The notes under the pieces were generated by a model. The model was not told the DNA's origin, did no database searches, and was given only the letters and a program-made list of their open reading frames with translations. A stretch of DNA of 63,939 nt, counting the filler, from Globobulimina sp. (taxonomy: Eukaryota), in assembly GCA_003354225.1 (NCBI GenBank). It is 48 parts of 48 records of this genome, joined end to end, with 100 filler letters (N's around TTAATTAATTAA, not from the genome) between each part and the next. Parts side by side here need not be neighbours in the genome. Positions count along the whole stretch, not along the records: positions 62,707 to 63,939 come from PIVH01020454.1; 47 more parts are not named here. One strand, given 5' to 3'. Within the stretch, counting starts at the first letter, position 1, and every line of letters starts with the position of its first letter. Below are positions 63,310-63,939 of this stretch, in pieces. The position numbers were made by a program, and so were the translations under genes.

Positions 63310-63936
63310 TTATAAGTTCAATTTGTAACCCTTCCATCTTTCAATCAACACATGTTTCAACCCATTTATAGGCAAATCATGCGATTTTAATCTTTGCATT
63401 AACTGCGCTGTACTCAATTTATTTAATGAAACATCGTCAATAGTTGTCATATAATCATCCAATTCCAAATAATTTACATACTTATCTTGATTATCATCAC
63501 CACTTTGGAGCTCTTCTTCTATGTAATTATTAAATAACTCCATGAACAATGCAGCTGCGGTGGGATTCCCAGTAAATTTTAATTTCCATTCTCCAAACAA
63601 AGGAGATATTTCATCCATTGAATAATCATTTCCTTTCCATTTCACGTATATTTTCCTTTCTTCCTCTTCATTATTTGCATTATAATCTGTTATATACTCA
63701 CAATACGATTCACCATCAATGTATTGTACTAATCTTATTTTATCATGTTTTGCATCGAAAAATAAAATTTTACCAAGTCTCTTTTCTTTATGATAATATA
63801 CACTCAATTTTCCTTTACCTCTGCTTCTCCATTTGCTCAGCTCATCATCCCATCTCCATGCACGCGCTGGACGGTGTTGAAATTCTAATTCTTCCTTATC
63901 TGGATCGATTTCAATTAAATGTTTTGCTGCTGACAT
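63310..63936 (-). CDS. RanBD/PH-like domain plus C-terminal SAP domain protein
   Basis: ARAWRWD....KWRSRGKGKL (RanBP1-like); LNKLSTAQLMQRLKSHDLPINGLKHVLIERW (SAP). Confidence 0.7.
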   Translation of the reverse strand: MSAAKHLIEIDPDKEELEFQHRPARAWRWDDELSKWRSRGKGKLSVYYHKEKRLGKILFFDAKHDKIRLVQYIDGESYCEYITDYNANNEEEERKIYVKWKGNDYSMDEISPLFGEWKLKFTGNPTAAALFMELFNNYIEEELQSGDDNQDKYVNYLELDDYMTTIDDVSLNKLSTAQLMQRLKSHDLPINGLKHVLIERWKGYKLNL

Positions 63937-63939
63937 TAT

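Overview
This window is not one locus. It is 48 unrelated short contigs (about 1233-1235 bp, in decreasing length order) joined by an artificial 100-nt spacer (44 N + TTAATTAATTAA + 44 N), so gene order across spacers has no meaning. Most contigs come from an AT-rich eukaryote with short (about 56-91 nt) GT-AG introns. A rhizarian, probably foraminiferan, source is my inference, based on the one-residue insertion at a ubiquitin junction and the gene-family profile. Recognisable eukaryotic genes are RBBP5, BBS7, TTC29, ARL3, Got1, HEATR6, an OS-9-like lectin, a CLASP-like protein, myosin, ENT and MFS transporters, a heme peroxidase, a pentameric ligand-gated channel, kinase, C2H2, PPR and hydrolase genes, and Ty3/Gypsy and CRE-like retroelements. 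Two contigs are bacterial: a 2-hydroxyacyl-CoA dehydratase with twin palindromic operators, and an integrase next to a tRNA-Lys att fragment. Several contigs are bacterial/eukaryote chimeras or fold-backs typical of whole-genome amplification. The most interesting items are two separate 2OG-Fe(II) oxygenase fusions to ubiquitin-system modules (Ubl-Ub-oxygenase; P4H-like-F-box), a tandem non-coding hairpin element with apparent compensatory changes, an attP-like junction, and four in-frame TGA codons. All assignments come from motif recognition by eye; no searches were run.
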